Shown: positions 31,004 through 41,403, counted from the first letter of the whole stretch. The stretch: DNA of 60,834 bases, filler included, from Nitrospirota bacterium (GCA_016180645.1; 3 parts of 3 records of this genome joined end to end with filler, not necessarily neighbours in it), one strand, 5' to 3'. Program-made: numbers and translations. Notes: generated by a model not told the origin, from the sequence alone.

Positions 31004-31421
31004 TGCACTGCTTGAGATCGTGGGCGCTTGGGTTCAAAAGGCCGAGAATGATCTCAAGAACGCGACTCTGACGCTGAAGTTCGAAGACGACTGTCCGACC
31101 GACACCGTTTGCTTCCATGTTCAGCAATGTGTGGAGAAGTACCTCAAGGCGTTCCTCACCCATCGCGGAATCGATTTCCCGAAAGTACATGACCTCAAAC
31201 GGATCGTCGCACTTCTGCCTCCGGAACTTGCAATCCCTCTGAGTCCAGGAGACCAGGACAGGCTCACCGAGTACGCCACTGTGATGCGGTATCCAGGGGA
31301 CTATGAGCCCATCGGCCTGAAGGAGGCCCGTCGGGCGGTGCGGACGGCGCGACACGTTCGGAAGATTATCAGGGGGAAACTGCCCAAGGAAGCCCTGACG
31401 CGTCGCCGGGCAAAAGCCTGA
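30990..31421 (+). CDS. HEPN-domain protein
   Basis: W..KAENDL..CFHVQQCVEKYLKA..PKVHDL..RYPG. Confidence 0.9.
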   Translation: MPDPDALLEIVGAWVQKAENDLKNATLTLKFEDDCPTDTVCFHVQQCVEKYLKAFLTHRGIDFPKVHDLKRIVALLPPELAIPLSPGDQDRLTEYATVMRYPGDYEPIGLKEARRAVRTARHVRKIIRGKLPKEALTRRRAKA

Positions 31422-31469
31422 GATCCGACGGACTGTTCGAGTCTATCTCCGGGTAGATCCCGGACCCTC

Positions 31470-31652
31470 GCGGACCTTGGCCATCCTCTCCTGGGTGTTT
31501 GTGGTCCAGGAACTCGCTTGTCGGCTTGCTGGGCTCCCGATCATTGCGGCTGGGCGTGCCCGGGATAGGGTCTCATGGCCTGATGACGGCCGCCAACGCC
31601 GGGAGCGCGACGTCGGTCGGGGAGTCGGACAGGACTCGACGGGGATGTTCAT
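31470..31652 (+). repeat. ~182-bp direct repeat, copy 2
   Basis: Aligns with 30159-30340. Confidence 0.9.
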
Positions 31653-31789
31653 CGTGAGGGTGAAACCCGAGGATGGGGGATCAAGTCTGTAGTACATTTC
31701 CAAGCTCCAACGCGATCACCTTGTGCCCATTCAAGATTCGACCTTGCCCGTTCTGCGTGCAATGGTCTCCGATGGTCCCCTCGTCGCCC

Positions 31790-31839
31790 TTGACGAATCC
31801 CCGGTGCGATGCCATTCTACTCAGATAGCAAGAGTGCTA
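31790..31839 (+). promoter_or_regulatory. Sigma-70 promoter and operator for the AbiE operon
   Basis: TTGACG-17-CATTCT with TG extension; palindrome TAGCA-AGAG-TGCTA. Confidence 0.55.
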
Positions 31840-31844
31840 CTGTC

Positions 31845-32453
31845 ATGAAATGGATGGAGATTGACAAGATCGTGGCCCGGTCCGGCCTGCGAGCGTTCAC
31901 CGATCGCGAATTCCGCGCCGTCACGGGGACAACGGCCATGTCGGCGAAGTTCATGCTCATCCGGTACACCCGCCGCGGCCTTCTCAAACGTCTCAAGCGC
32001 GGCCTCTATGCGGTTGAAGGCCGGCTCCCGCCCAAGTGGGCGCTCGCCAACCGGCTCTATCAACCCTCTTACATCTCCCTTGAGTCGGCCCTCTCGTACT
32101 ACGGGATCATCCCCGAAACCGTCTACTCCGTCACCTCCGTCGGCACGAAAAGTACCCGCGAGTTCGAGGTCCTCGGTACGCGCTATCTCTTCCGAACCGT
32201 CACGCGCCGTGTCTTCACGGGATACCGCAACGTGGAGATCGAAGGGCAGCCCGTGCTCATCGCCGAGAAGTCCAAGGCCCTCGCCGACTACCTTTACTTC
32301 GTGTTTCTCAAGAAGGCGCGTCTCAACACCCGACTCCGGCTGAAAGCCGTCAGCCGGCGCGACCTGATGAACAGTCTGGAGGCGTTTGGAAACGCCCGCT
32401 TCCTGCGGTGGTTCAAGCATGATCTCACAGTCTCAGATCACCGAACTGAGTGA
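31845..32453 (+). CDS. AbiEi-like type IV antitoxin
   Basis: RLKRGLY..PSYISLESALSYYGIIPE..KALADYLY. Confidence 0.88.
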   Translation: MKWMEIDKIVARSGLRAFTDREFRAVTGTTAMSAKFMLIRYTRRGLLKRLKRGLYAVEGRLPPKWALANRLYQPSYISLESALSYYGIIPETVYSVTSVGTKSTREFEVLGTRYLFRTVTRRVFTGYRNVEIEGQPVLIAEKSKALADYLYFVFLKKARLNTRLRLKAVSRRDLMNSLEAFGNARFLRWFKHDLTVSDHRTE

Positions 32454-33144
32454 CCGCTGGCAGACTCCCGAGTCCAACGTGGCGCGGGAATTCGTCCAGC
32501 ACGTGCTCCTGTGCGCTCTTTTCCAGATCAGGGGCGCGGACTCGAAGCTCGCGTTCAAGGGCGGGACGGCTCTCCACCTCCTGAGACGCAGCCCGCGATT
32601 TTCGGAGGATCTGGACTTCACGGCCTGGGCCAGGCCGTTTCACATAGGAGAGTGGATCAAGCAAGCGGCCAAGGAAGCCGGGCGGGCGGGGCTCAACTTC
32701 AAGACGGTCGAGTCGAACCCGACCTCGGGAGGGTGGTTGGCGCTGACGGAGACGCGCGTCCACGACTGGCCCGTTCAAATCGAATGGAATGTCTCCCTCC
32801 GAGGCGGGAGAGTCTCCCCCGCGCACGAGACCGTCCTCGTCACAACCCCTCTCTGGACACCGTACACGGTCACCGCCCTTTCAATGGACCAGATGGTCCA
32901 GGAGAAGATCGAAGCCTTGCTCCGGCGACAGGAGCCGCGGGACTTCTTCGACCTCTATTTCGTGATCCGCGAGCGCCTCGGAATCAAAAAGATCGTCGCC
33001 CGGAAGGAGAAGTTGCTCCGCCTGGCACGGGAGATCAACCTCAGAGCGGCCGCAAGGGAACTGAAAGAATTCCTGCCGCGGACCCATTGGGCGGTCATCA
33101 AGCAACTCCCCAAGATCCTCTCCCAAGAGATCGAGCGCTTGTAG
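32419..33144 (+). CDS. AbiEii/AbiGii nucleotidyltransferase toxin
   Basis: FKGGTAL..RFSEDLDF..EKI.AL..R..PRDFFDL. Confidence 0.9.
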   Translation: MISQSQITELSDRWQTPESNVAREFVQHVLLCALFQIRGADSKLAFKGGTALHLLRRSPRFSEDLDFTAWARPFHIGEWIKQAAKEAGRAGLNFKTVESNPTSGGWLALTETRVHDWPVQIEWNVSLRGGRVSPAHETVLVTTPLWTPYTVTALSMDQMVQEKIEALLRRQEPRDFFDLYFVIRERLGIKKIVARKEKLLRLAREINLRAAARELKEFLPRTHWAVIKQLPKILSQEIERL

Positions 33145-33392
33145 CCTGCACGGCCTGGAAGACCACTGCCTGAGACTCGGGCAGCTTCCGTCGCTCGCGT
33201 ACGGCGGCATTCGTGCGGCCACGAGTTCAGGATTTGGCCTCAAGACAAGTTCGTCAACCACTGGACGCTGGCACGGGAGACCTGGAGGCAGGGGAAACGG
33301 TGCATCAGGGCGATCGGTTTCGACGCATCCGAGACGCGAAGGACCTACCGGGTCTCAACCTGCTTCAGGCGGATGAACGGCCTGAGGCGGAC

Positions 33393-33450
33393 GCCGCCGC
33401 CGTTGTCCATCATCTGACTGTCGTAACGCGCAATGTGCGCGACATCACGC
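33393..33450 (+). pseudogene. VapC/PIN toxin C-terminal remnant
   Basis: AAAVVHHLTVVTRNVRDI resembles the PIN C-terminal motif; no N-terminus seen. Confidence 0.45.
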
Positions 33451-33709
33451 GTTACGAAAATGGGGGATCCGAAATACGCGCATTGGTAACCGCTCATCGA
33501 GCGGGGCCTGACGCGCTCCGACTGCATTGCCCGAATCCGCGAGGAGAGACTGAGCCTGCCCCCAGAAAAGCTCCTGCTTCTTCTGCCCGGTGATGAAGCG
33601 CCAGGAGATCCTCGACCTGCACGCTCGTCATCCGTATCTTGTGCGGCGGGCTCTACAGATGGAGGAAAAATAGGCAAAAAGCTCCTAGGCCAAGGGATCG
33701 ACGCGGGGC

Positions 33710-33979
33710 TTGGCCCCAGAGACGGAGTTGGAAAGAGATCCTGCTCTAGGAAGAAGAGAGAAGAAGGACGGCTTCGCTATGGAACAAGCCGACGGGAACG
33801 GAGGCCATGGGGCCGACGACGCTCCCATGACGCCTTCCGCTGACGGGATTCTCGATCGTCTGAAGCTCGACGGAGCCCTCCTCAAGGAGAATCCCAAGAA
33901 CGGACGCCGGGAGTTCATTCACGAGCCGACGGAAACGTATCTCGGATACCTCGGTCGAGGCCGGACCGGGCGGCGCTGA
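33710..33979 (+). CDS. Small hypothetical protein
   Basis: 89-aa ORF; start uncertain. Confidence 0.35.
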   Translation: MAPETELERDPALGRREKKDGFAMEQADGNGGHGADDAPMTPSADGILDRLKLDGALLKENPKNGRREFIHEPTETYLGYLGRGRTGRR

Positions 33980-34077
33980 AGTATTGAATCCCTGGGATTG
34001 ATCGAATGCGGCTCGAAGACGGTCCGTCCTGACATTTTGGAAACAGACGCCTAAAGCGTGACGGCTGTCGAGAGGAC

Positions 34078-35784
34078 CTATCGCAATCGGCAAGCTGGTT
34101 TCGGGCGAAGAGCCATGAAGCTGGAGATGTACCGCTCAGCTTGGCCCTTGGAAAGCTTGGCCTTCCGGAGCTCGCCGGCGGAAATGGTCGAAAGCCTCGA
34201 TAGAAGGCCCACCTGACGATCCGTCATCGGGTCCGGACTCCGCCTCCATTTGGCCCTGGCATTCGAAACTTCGATCAAATCACGATCGACGTGCAGGGGC
34301 AGCAGCCTCTCGAGGGCTTTTATGGTCTCGTCTTGAGATCCCGCGACCGTCAGAGTCTTTCGGATTCCGTTCTCCGTCTCCAAGACCGCACAGAAGATGC
34401 TCCCGTGTTGGGCGATGGAAACCGTGCTCCCACCGACCAAGCTCAAGAAGACTGCCCCACCAGGAAGTTTCAGAAATGGGAGGCCGGTGACGCGGTCCAA
34501 GACGTCGCTGATACGCCACTCCTCGTGTGGCTCGCTGAACGAAGGTGGCTCATATCGATTGATCAACCTTACGAGCGTGTGATGGAGCGCCTGACGCGTT
34601 CTCGCGCGCCGCGCGTTCTCAAGGTTGGCGGCATGCTCGGCCATCAGCTGTCCGTTCGGGAAATCTCCATCTTCCCCGGTAAAGTGCATAGGCACCTTCG
34701 GGCAGCTCCGGCTATGGCGTTGGTCGATGAGCTGAATCACGATCGCGTAGGCTTTCCCCGGCCAAGTGCGCAGGGTGCGGCCGACCTGCTGAAGCATGAG
34801 GACACGCGCTGAGAATTCCGTGAAGGGTCGCAGAAGGAGAACACAACGCACCTGCGGACAATCAAACCCTTCGGCCAGCAACCCACACGTCACCAAGACT
34901 TGGATTGCCCCCTCCCGAAACGCCTCCAAGATCTCCAGCCTTTCCTTTCGGCTGAGCTTGCTGTGGATTGCGCGAGCCGCCAGTCGCTCCCTCCGGAACC
35001 GCTCGGCCACCGACTCTGCGTGCACGATATCCGCGCAAAACGCGATGGCCTGCTCATCTTCTCCCCACTCCAGGTACGCCTCGAGAGCCATTTGATTCCG
35101 CCAGTCAACATCAACCTTCTGCCCAAGATTTCCCGGATGAAAATCTCCTTCCTGGCCGACGCTTACTTCTGAGACATCCATGAATGTATTGCGACCGTAG
35201 AAACGGCCGTCGACCAGATGCCCCATCTCGATGAGCTCTCGCAGGCCCAGGTAAGACACAATTGGACCGAACTCAGTGAGGCAGACCCCATCACCTCGGA
35301 CCGGTGTAGCGGTAAGGAGCACAAGAAACGATTCCTTATACACATCACGCCACCTGCGGAAACTATGGGCCAGCATATGGTGCCCTTCATCCATCACGAC
35401 CGTATGGAAAGATTCCGGTGCGAGGCCCCCTGGAGGCTTCTGAGCAAACACACTCGCTATCGCAATGTCCTCGCCGCGACTCACGTTGACTTGCGGTGAG
35501 AAGCTCACCCTGTGGCCGGAGGCACCGTGCCGCATGCGGGTCACCTCGTGCAGTTTTTCCGCCCACTGCCGAAAGAGCACATCCTGATGAGCGAGGACAG
35601 ACCCATAGGGGCCGGCCTTCTCACAGGCGAGCGTAAGGATCGACGCGCCGACGTCGGTCTTGCCGGCGCCGGGCGGCATCACAAGGACCACGGTCTTCCC
35701 GACTTCGTGCAGCCGGAGCGCAACATCCACGGCTTCGAGCTGATAAGGTCGAAGCCGCCATTGGCTTAGTGCATGCTGAGCCAT
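34078..35784 (-). CDS. SF2 DExH helicase (ResIII/IRC3-like)
   Basis: LRPYQ, PPGAGKT, DEGHH, TATP, EGFDCP, QQVGRTLR. Confidence 0.9.
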   Translation of the reverse strand: MAQHALSQWRLRPYQLEAVDVALRLHEVGKTVVLVMPPGAGKTDVGASILTLACEKAGPYGSVLAHQDVLFRQWAEKLHEVTRMRHGASGHRVSFSPQVNVSRGEDIAIASVFAQKPPGGLAPESFHTVVMDEGHHMLAHSFRRWRDVYKESFLVLLTATPVRGDGVCLTEFGPIVSYLGLRELIEMGHLVDGRFYGRNTFMDVSEVSVGQEGDFHPGNLGQKVDVDWRNQMALEAYLEWGEDEQAIAFCADIVHAESVAERFRRERLAARAIHSKLSRKERLEILEAFREGAIQVLVTCGLLAEGFDCPQVRCVLLLRPFTEFSARVLMLQQVGRTLRTWPGKAYAIVIQLIDQRHSRSCPKVPMHFTGEDGDFPNGQLMAEHAANLENARRARTRQALHHTLVRLINRYEPPSFSEPHEEWRISDVLDRVTGLPFLKLPGGAVFLSLVGGSTVSIAQHGSIFCAVLETENGIRKTLTVAGSQDETIKALERLLPLHVDRDLIEVSNARAKWRRSPDPMTDRQVGLLSRLSTISAGELRKAKLSKGQAERYISSFMALRPKPACRLR

Positions 35785-35942
35785 AGGGTTTCCACGGCAG
35801 TTTGGGACCGCTTCTCCGGGCATCCTGGACAATAGGTCCCCGTGTTCGAACGGAAGTACTCACAGTGGCCGGCGTCGCGTAGCGGGACGTTACACGACCG
35901 CAGCCTGCGACGCGGGAGATGCCTGTAGATCAGCGTGTGCAA

Positions 35943-36503
35943 TCACTCCTCGACTTCTGAATTCAGAGCGTCCTCGCTTGCCCCATATCCCAGGAGCGTT
36001 TCGCTGGCGCAATAGGCATCACTCAGAATTCTGTCGAAACCGAAGACCATCGAGAGTGCAACACGCTCCCCATCCTTGTGCGCTCTCAGGAGTCTCCCGA
36101 TGCGCGGGTTGCCGTTGTCGACACGGAACACATACACGGGTTCAGGACCCGCGCTAAACGTGTCGATTACCAACCGTCGCGCGTGATCGATGGTGAGGGA
36201 AGGACCCCGGCAGGCCCCAATTAGGCTGTCGTTCACACATATCAACGGGTCATCGTCATGGCACTCAATGAGACGATCGATCTGTTCGGGTTCCAGTCGG
36301 ACTCCGTCATCGCACTCGAACCGGAAAATCAACCTTGGAGCCCAGCAGATGTCGGTTATCATCCCGATTCCCAAACTCACGATTTCCCCCCGGTCCCGAA
36401 CGCCACCGGGTGCTTCCACAGCCACCTCCTCGCGCTTCCCCCCTGAGTCGCAAATACGTGCCACACTCGCGTGTCGAAAACGCAGCAAATTCACGGAGAA
36501 CAA
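35943..36503 (-). CDS. Hypothetical protein
   Basis: 186-aa ORF, no motif; start uncertain. Confidence 0.4.
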   Translation of the reverse strand: MFSVNLLRFRHASVARICDSGGKREEVAVEAPGGVRDRGEIVSLGIGMITDICWAPRLIFRFECDDGVRLEPEQIDRLIECHDDDPLICVNDSLIGACRGPSLTIDHARRLVIDTFSAGPEPVYVFRVDNGNPRIGRLLRAHKDGERVALSMVFGFDRILSDAYCASETLLGYGASEDALNSEVEE

Positions 36504-36886
36504 ATTGCGGTATCGCTGGACACTCGACCGACCGGCTCAGGGTGAGCCGGTGGAGGCGGAGCAAGAGCTATGGGGCGCGAACTGAAGGATCCTTTCCTTG
36601 TGGGAACTCGGATCCGGAGACACCGGCTGCCCATCCCAAGAGCCAATGCCTGAAATGTTTGGCGAATGGTGGCCCAGCCCAATTCCGAATCTTTGGCCTG
36701 GGCTCGGTGGTGAGAGGACGGACGTGCAGGAGTTTTCTCCCCGCCCGACATAGTGAGACGCTCCGCTTTCTCGCCTTTTCCTCATTCGGATTTTCGCGGG
36801 GGCGGGGAGGGTCTCACTATGTCATGTCGGCGTAATCGGGCCCGCCCCAGGTAAATGACCACGCCTCACTCCCTTACAATAGTCCC

Positions 36887-38068
36887 ATGCAAACGCTTGC
36901 CGGATACTTCGCGGAGCACAACCTCTTTGACGAGACGACCCTTCGGGAGCACGGCCGGGCGCGCGGCGTCCGGGTGGCGACCTCTCCGCGGTTTCCCCAC
37001 CTCAGACTTCTGGAATATGGCACCCTCGTGCAGATCGAAAAGATCCCGTGGGACCTCTTCAACCGGCGTTGCCGCGGCATCGTTGTCGACTTGGAGAGGA
37101 AGCGCCTCTTGGCCTTTCCCTTCCACAAGTTCTTCAATCTCGGGGAAAAGCCTGAAACGGCGGTCAACCGCCTCCTTGAACTGGGCACCTTCACCGCCAC
37201 GGAAAAACTGGACGGATCGATGGGCATCCTCTTCTACGACGAGGCCTCAGGACGCTTCCACATCACGACTCGGGGGAGTTTCGACTCGACGCAGGCCCTA
37301 TGGTCCTCGGAGCGCATTCCGGCCTCCGTGCAGGACACCAATCTCGTCGAGGCCTACACTCTGATTTTCGAGATCATCGCCTATCGGGTTCGGGGTCTCG
37401 ATAACATCATCGACTATCGTAAGAAAGGTTTGGCCGAGGGCCTGTATCTCGTGGGGATGCGCCACCGGATCTCCGAAACTCTTCTTCCCCACGCCGAGCT
37501 CTTCCGCTTTGCGAAGGCGCGGGGTCTGCCCACACCGAGGGTCCATGCGTTCGCTTCTCTCGATGCCTGCACGTCGCATGCGAAGACCCTCGATTGGATG
37601 GATGAAGGGTTCGTGCTGGAGTTCCGCGACGGCACGCTGGTCAAGGTGAAGAGCCCCGAATACTTGAGAGTCCACCGGTTCGTCTCGGGGTACAGCGATC
37701 GCAGGGTGCTGGAAGCCCTGCGTGACGGGAAGTCCGACATCATGTTGGCGGGCGTGCCGGAGGAGTACCGAGGACCGGTGGAGGCGGACTTCGAGAAGTG
37801 GCGACGGAAGGCCCTGGATCTCCGCAACGAGGCTTATGCGCAGCTCGCGCGCGCCCCGCAGGGCGACCGGAAGGCCCTTGCCTTGTGGTGCAATGAGCAC
37901 GTTGCCCACCATCTGATCCCGTTCGTTTTCCTTGCCCTGGACAACCGACTCACTCTCGATGGGTTGTACGGATATCTCCTGAAGGGGCTCGGACCGGGGG
38001 AAACGGATCGGAGGAACTTGGCCCGGGGAAGCCGGCCGGCAGATTCCGGGGAGCCTCCCGAAGGGTGA
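36887..38068 (+). CDS. T4 Rnl1-family RNA ligase
   Basis: CRGIV..FHKFFNLGE, motif I EKLDGS, TRGS, IFEII, EGFVL, VKVKS. Confidence 0.88.
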   Translation: MQTLAGYFAEHNLFDETTLREHGRARGVRVATSPRFPHLRLLEYGTLVQIEKIPWDLFNRRCRGIVVDLERKRLLAFPFHKFFNLGEKPETAVNRLLELGTFTATEKLDGSMGILFYDEASGRFHITTRGSFDSTQALWSSERIPASVQDTNLVEAYTLIFEIIAYRVRGLDNIIDYRKKGLAEGLYLVGMRHRISETLLPHAELFRFAKARGLPTPRVHAFASLDACTSHAKTLDWMDEGFVLEFRDGTLVKVKSPEYLRVHRFVSGYSDRRVLEALRDGKSDIMLAGVPEEYRGPVEADFEKWRRKALDLRNEAYAQLARAPQGDRKALALWCNEHVAHHLIPFVFLALDNRLTLDGLYGYLLKGLGPGETDRRNLARGSRPADSGEPPEG

Positions 38069-38940
38069 AAACGTTCGCGCAGGCTGCGCTCTTTCCGACG
38101 GAAGCCCCGCTGGATCCGACCCTTCCGGATCTGCTGCCTTTCTATCGGGACCACCTGATTGCTTCGAAGAAGAGCCATCACACCGTGGCCAGCTATCTGA
38201 GGATCCTTCGATCGTTCGTTCGGGATGCCGGGGCCGGCCGGCGACTCAACGCCTACTCGGTCCGGACGATCGAGGCGTACATTGCCCGGGTCCGATACGG
38301 AGACGGCGCTGACAAGACGGTGGAGCTGAACGCCGCGGCCCTCCGGCACTTCTTCCGGTGGGCGAGGGAAAACGAGTTTATGAGGGAGGATCCGGGCCAA
38401 CGGCTCATCTTCCCCCGTGCGCAGATCAAGCTCCCGGAGATCCCATCCATCAAAGAGGTGGACAAACTCCTGGAGACCGCGGCGGTTGACCCCCACGATC
38501 TTCTCCTGCTCCTCCTGTTCGCTGAAGGGGGCCTCAAGCGGGAGGAGGTCCTGGCGCTCCTGCCAAAGCATGTAAACGTGCGACATCCGCTCCACGTTGA
38601 AATCACCGTCCCGGCGTCCAGTCCGAGGAAGGTTCGAGTCGCGCGGATTCCGAGGGACTACGCGGTGGTGATTGAGGCGATCCTGGAAGAGGCCCACCCC
38701 GAGATCCCCGTTTGCACCTTCTCCCCGCCGTCGGTCTCGGCTCGTGTAGAGGCGATGGGACGCCTGGCAGGAGTCCGCCCTAGGATCACGCCGGCATCTC
38801 TCAGGCACTTCTGCGCGGTGAGGATTCTGAAGGCGGGGAGAACTATCGACGAAGTCCACGCCTATCTCGGGCTCGCCTCACCTAAGGACAGCCCGATCAT
38901 GCGGGACATCTACGTCACCCTCGCGAAGCTTCCTCTGTGA
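38065..38940 (+). CDS. XerC/D-like tyrosine recombinase with degenerate active site
   Basis: S.HTVASY, ALRHFF SAM-like domain; GLKREE, PASLRH, YLGL, IY. Confidence 0.75.
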   Translation: MKTFAQAALFPTEAPLDPTLPDLLPFYRDHLIASKKSHHTVASYLRILRSFVRDAGAGRRLNAYSVRTIEAYIARVRYGDGADKTVELNAAALRHFFRWARENEFMREDPGQRLIFPRAQIKLPEIPSIKEVDKLLETAAVDPHDLLLLLLFAEGGLKREEVLALLPKHVNVRHPLHVEITVPASSPRKVRVARIPRDYAVVIEAILEEAHPEIPVCTFSPPSVSARVEAMGRLAGVRPRITPASLRHFCAVRILKAGRTIDEVHAYLGLASPKDSPIMRDIYVTLAKLPL

Positions 38941-39080
38941 TGGAGAGATGGCCGATGCGCGGATTGCAACAGTTGCCAAACTAGGTTAGAAGTGCGGGGT
39001 TCTGCAATCTGCCTCCACCCCTGGTTATAACCAATGGGGAGAGGCTGGAGCGAGAGCAATAGAATGAAGGAGGATGATTC

Positions 39081-39536
39081 GTGGCAAAATCAAAGAGAAA
39101 GAAAGCCAGGGGCAAGGTCATCCTGGCAGGTGAGTACGCGCGCAAGTCACTAACCGCGCTCAGACCGTCGTCGATCAACGATCTTGTCAAGAAAGTGAAG
39201 GCAGTCACCGGGCGCAGACTCGCGTTTGCAACGGCGAAGGCCCTGTATCAGGAGTTCCGCGCCAAAGTGGGTGCTCCCGCTCCGACGGCGGACAGGCCCG
39301 CACCACGTGCGCGTCGTGCCCCGGCCCGCCGGCCATCGGCTGGACAGAACGGCGAGCAGTACCTGGTGGTAACCCGGGATCGGGGCTTTAGGCTTGAAGT
39401 CCTGCGCTACATGGACAAGGGGCAGGCGGAGAGAAAGGCAACCGAGATGATCGGAGCGGGGCGAAAAACGCGCGTCCTGGTCGCGAACACGCGAGCATCG
39501 CATCGCGCTGAGAGAGGAGGTTCACATGGTAGATAG
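39081..39536 (+). CDS. Basic hypothetical protein
   Basis: RBS AAGGAGG, GTG start, Lys/Arg-rich. Confidence 0.65.
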   Translation: MAKSKRKKARGKVILAGEYARKSLTALRPSSINDLVKKVKAVTGRRLAFATAKALYQEFRAKVGAPAPTADRPAPRARRAPARRPSAGQNGEQYLVVTRDRGFRLEVLRYMDKGQAERKATEMIGAGRKTRVLVANTRASHRAERGGSHGR

Positions 39537-39680
39537 GAAACCGTTCGGAGGCATGACGATTGACTTCGGAGGCCGGAAAGTTATATCGAGATCGTCATAA
39601 CCTTCCTTATGTGCAGGCCCAGCGAGATGACGAAGAAACTCTGGGCGTTCGTCAAAGCCAAGAAGCTTGTGAAGCGGTAG
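39526..39680 (+). pseudogene. Frameshifted SWIB-like mini-protein
   Basis: RBS AGGAGG, MVDRKPFGG.. in one frame and PSEMTKKLWAFVKAKKL in another; span 155 nt. Confidence 0.5.
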
Positions 39681-39984
39681 TTCATTCGATTCCCCAGACC
39701 GCAATTCGGACGCCCCCTGTCACATGCCACGGGGCGCCCGGAGTTCCGTCCTACGGAAAGTGCTCGTGAGCGGGGTCTGGCGCCGCTCTGTTGCCCACTT
39801 GGCGGGGCCAGTCAGGAGATGGATGCGTCCCGGAGCCTCCGGTCGGAACGGAGATGGGATCGTTAGGCAACCATTCACGGCGCAGGCAAACAAGAGCACG
39901 CAAGGTGAGGTCGTGTCAGAAGTGCCCCCAGTTTCCCCGCCAGAGTTTGAGTATGTGAACATATTTCATTATGTATCTTATGCA

Positions 39985-40013
39985 TTGATTGACATACTGT
40001 AGTATGTTATGCT
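39985..40013 (+). promoter_or_regulatory. Promoter with overlapping operator (likely leaderless mRNA)
   Basis: TTGATT-17-TATGCT ending 6 nt before ATG; palindrome ACATACT-GT-AGTATGT in the spacer. Confidence 0.55.
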
Positions 40014-40019
40014 TGTGGC

Positions 40020-40487
40020 ATGAGAAAACATTCCCGGCCGTTCAATCTTGCGGTGGACGAGCAATTTCCAAGCCTGGAAACTCACCCGCTCGTTCGCCGT
40101 GCCCGGAGGGCACCGGTCGGCCGACAAATCCGGTGGATCCGTCTGAGGATCGGGATGACCCAGAAACAACTGGCCCGAAGGGCGGGGATCTCGCAGCAAC
40201 ACGTAGCTCTCTTGGAGAAGGACGGCTCACAAGCGGAGCTCAGGACGCTGACCAAGGTGACCGAAGCGCTGGAGTGTACCCTCGCCGTTCTCGTCTCCCC
40301 GCGCGACAAGTTGAGTCGCATGATCCGCAAGCAAGCGGAGAAGGTTGCCGGAAAGAGACTCTCGAAGGTGATGGGGAATATGGCGCTTGAGGGCCAGGAG
40401 CCTTCATCGGCGATGTCGAAGCGGCTTCTTGAAGACGAGATCAAGAACCTCTCGATCAAACCATCTTCGGAGCTCTGGGAGGAATGA
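40020..40487 (+). CDS. Mobile mystery protein A (XRE HTH)
   Basis: IR..IGMTQKQLA..GISQQ, MALEGQ, ELWEE. Confidence 0.85.
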   Translation: MRKHSRPFNLAVDEQFPSLETHPLVRRARRAPVGRQIRWIRLRIGMTQKQLARRAGISQQHVALLEKDGSQAELRTLTKVTEALECTLAVLVSPRDKLSRMIRKQAEKVAGKRLSKVMGNMALEGQEPSSAMSKRLLEDEIKNLSIKPSSELWEE

Positions 40488-41092
40488 AGCCGACCTTGAG
40501 ACAGCCGGAGGGCGCCACGCCGCTGACGGATGTCTCCGGACTGTTATTGGAAAACGTTGCGACCCTCGACGCGCTCAACGTTGTGGAATCGGCGAATATC
40601 CTTGACGCAACCCGGGAGCATCTTCGACGGCGGCATGGCTCCAAGAGGAGATGGATCACCGTGGCGTATCTGTTGCGCGTACACCGCGACATGTACGGGG
40701 AGGTTTGGCGCTGGGCGGGCGAAATTCGCCGGACGGAAAAGAACATAGGCATCGAAGCGTACCGGATCCGAGAGGAGTTGGAGAAACTGTGCGGCGACGT
40801 GAACTTCTGGGATACGCAGGAAACGTCGATGCCGGTCCTCGAAAGAGGCGTGCGCATTCACCATAGACTGGCCTGGATACACGCGTTCGAAAACGGCAAC
40901 GGACGCCACGCCCGACTCATGGCGGATATCTATCTCCATGCACATCGCCAGCCGCTCCCCGAATGGCCATCGAGCAACCTCGTAAAAGTCGGCAACGCCC
41001 GCAGATCGTATCTGGAAGCCATGAGGGCGGCTGACGGCGGAAATGTGGAGCCGCTCCTCCAACTCACTGCACGCTTCATCAAGAGCGCCTGA
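40484..41092 (+). CDS. Mobile mystery protein B (Fic domain)
   Basis: PEGATPL, VWRWAG..R.TEKNIG, HAFENGNGRHAR. Confidence 0.9.
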   Translation: MKPTLRQPEGATPLTDVSGLLLENVATLDALNVVESANILDATREHLRRRHGSKRRWITVAYLLRVHRDMYGEVWRWAGEIRRTEKNIGIEAYRIREELEKLCGDVNFWDTQETSMPVLERGVRIHHRLAWIHAFENGNGRHARLMADIYLHAHRQPLPEWPSSNLVKVGNARRSYLEAMRAADGGNVEPLLQLTARFIKSA

Positions 41093-41218
41093 TCCGACGC
41101 GCCTGCGTACCCCTGTTCAACCGGTGCGTCGAAAGCCGGTACCGCCTGCCGGAGGAATTCTGATCCGAAGGCGCTTCGTTCAGCCTCATTTCCCCGACAG
41201 AACCGTCACTTGAACTTC

Positions 41219-41292
41219 CGGTCCCGGCCGGACTTGAACCGGCTTTCTCCGCCTTGACAGGGCGGCGTCTCGACGGCTTCGACTTCGGGACC
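41219..41292 (-). tRNA. tRNA-Asp(GTC)
   Basis: Cloverleaf, loop CTGTCAA. Confidence 0.85.
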
Positions 41293-41294
41293 AT

Positions 41295-41400
41295 CGCTCC
41301 TGCCCGGATTTGAACCGAGGTCCCATGGCTGAGAACCACGTGTCCTGATCAACCTGGGCGGGCCGCTTCCGTGGCGTTGCAGGTGGTGGGACCATCGAGC
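41295..41400 (-). pseudogene. tRNA-Glu(CTC), 5' part disrupted
   Basis: Anticodon arm (TTCTCAG), T arm and 3' acceptor present; ~35 extra nt in D region, poor acceptor pairing. Confidence 0.6.
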
Positions 41401-41403
41401 CTC

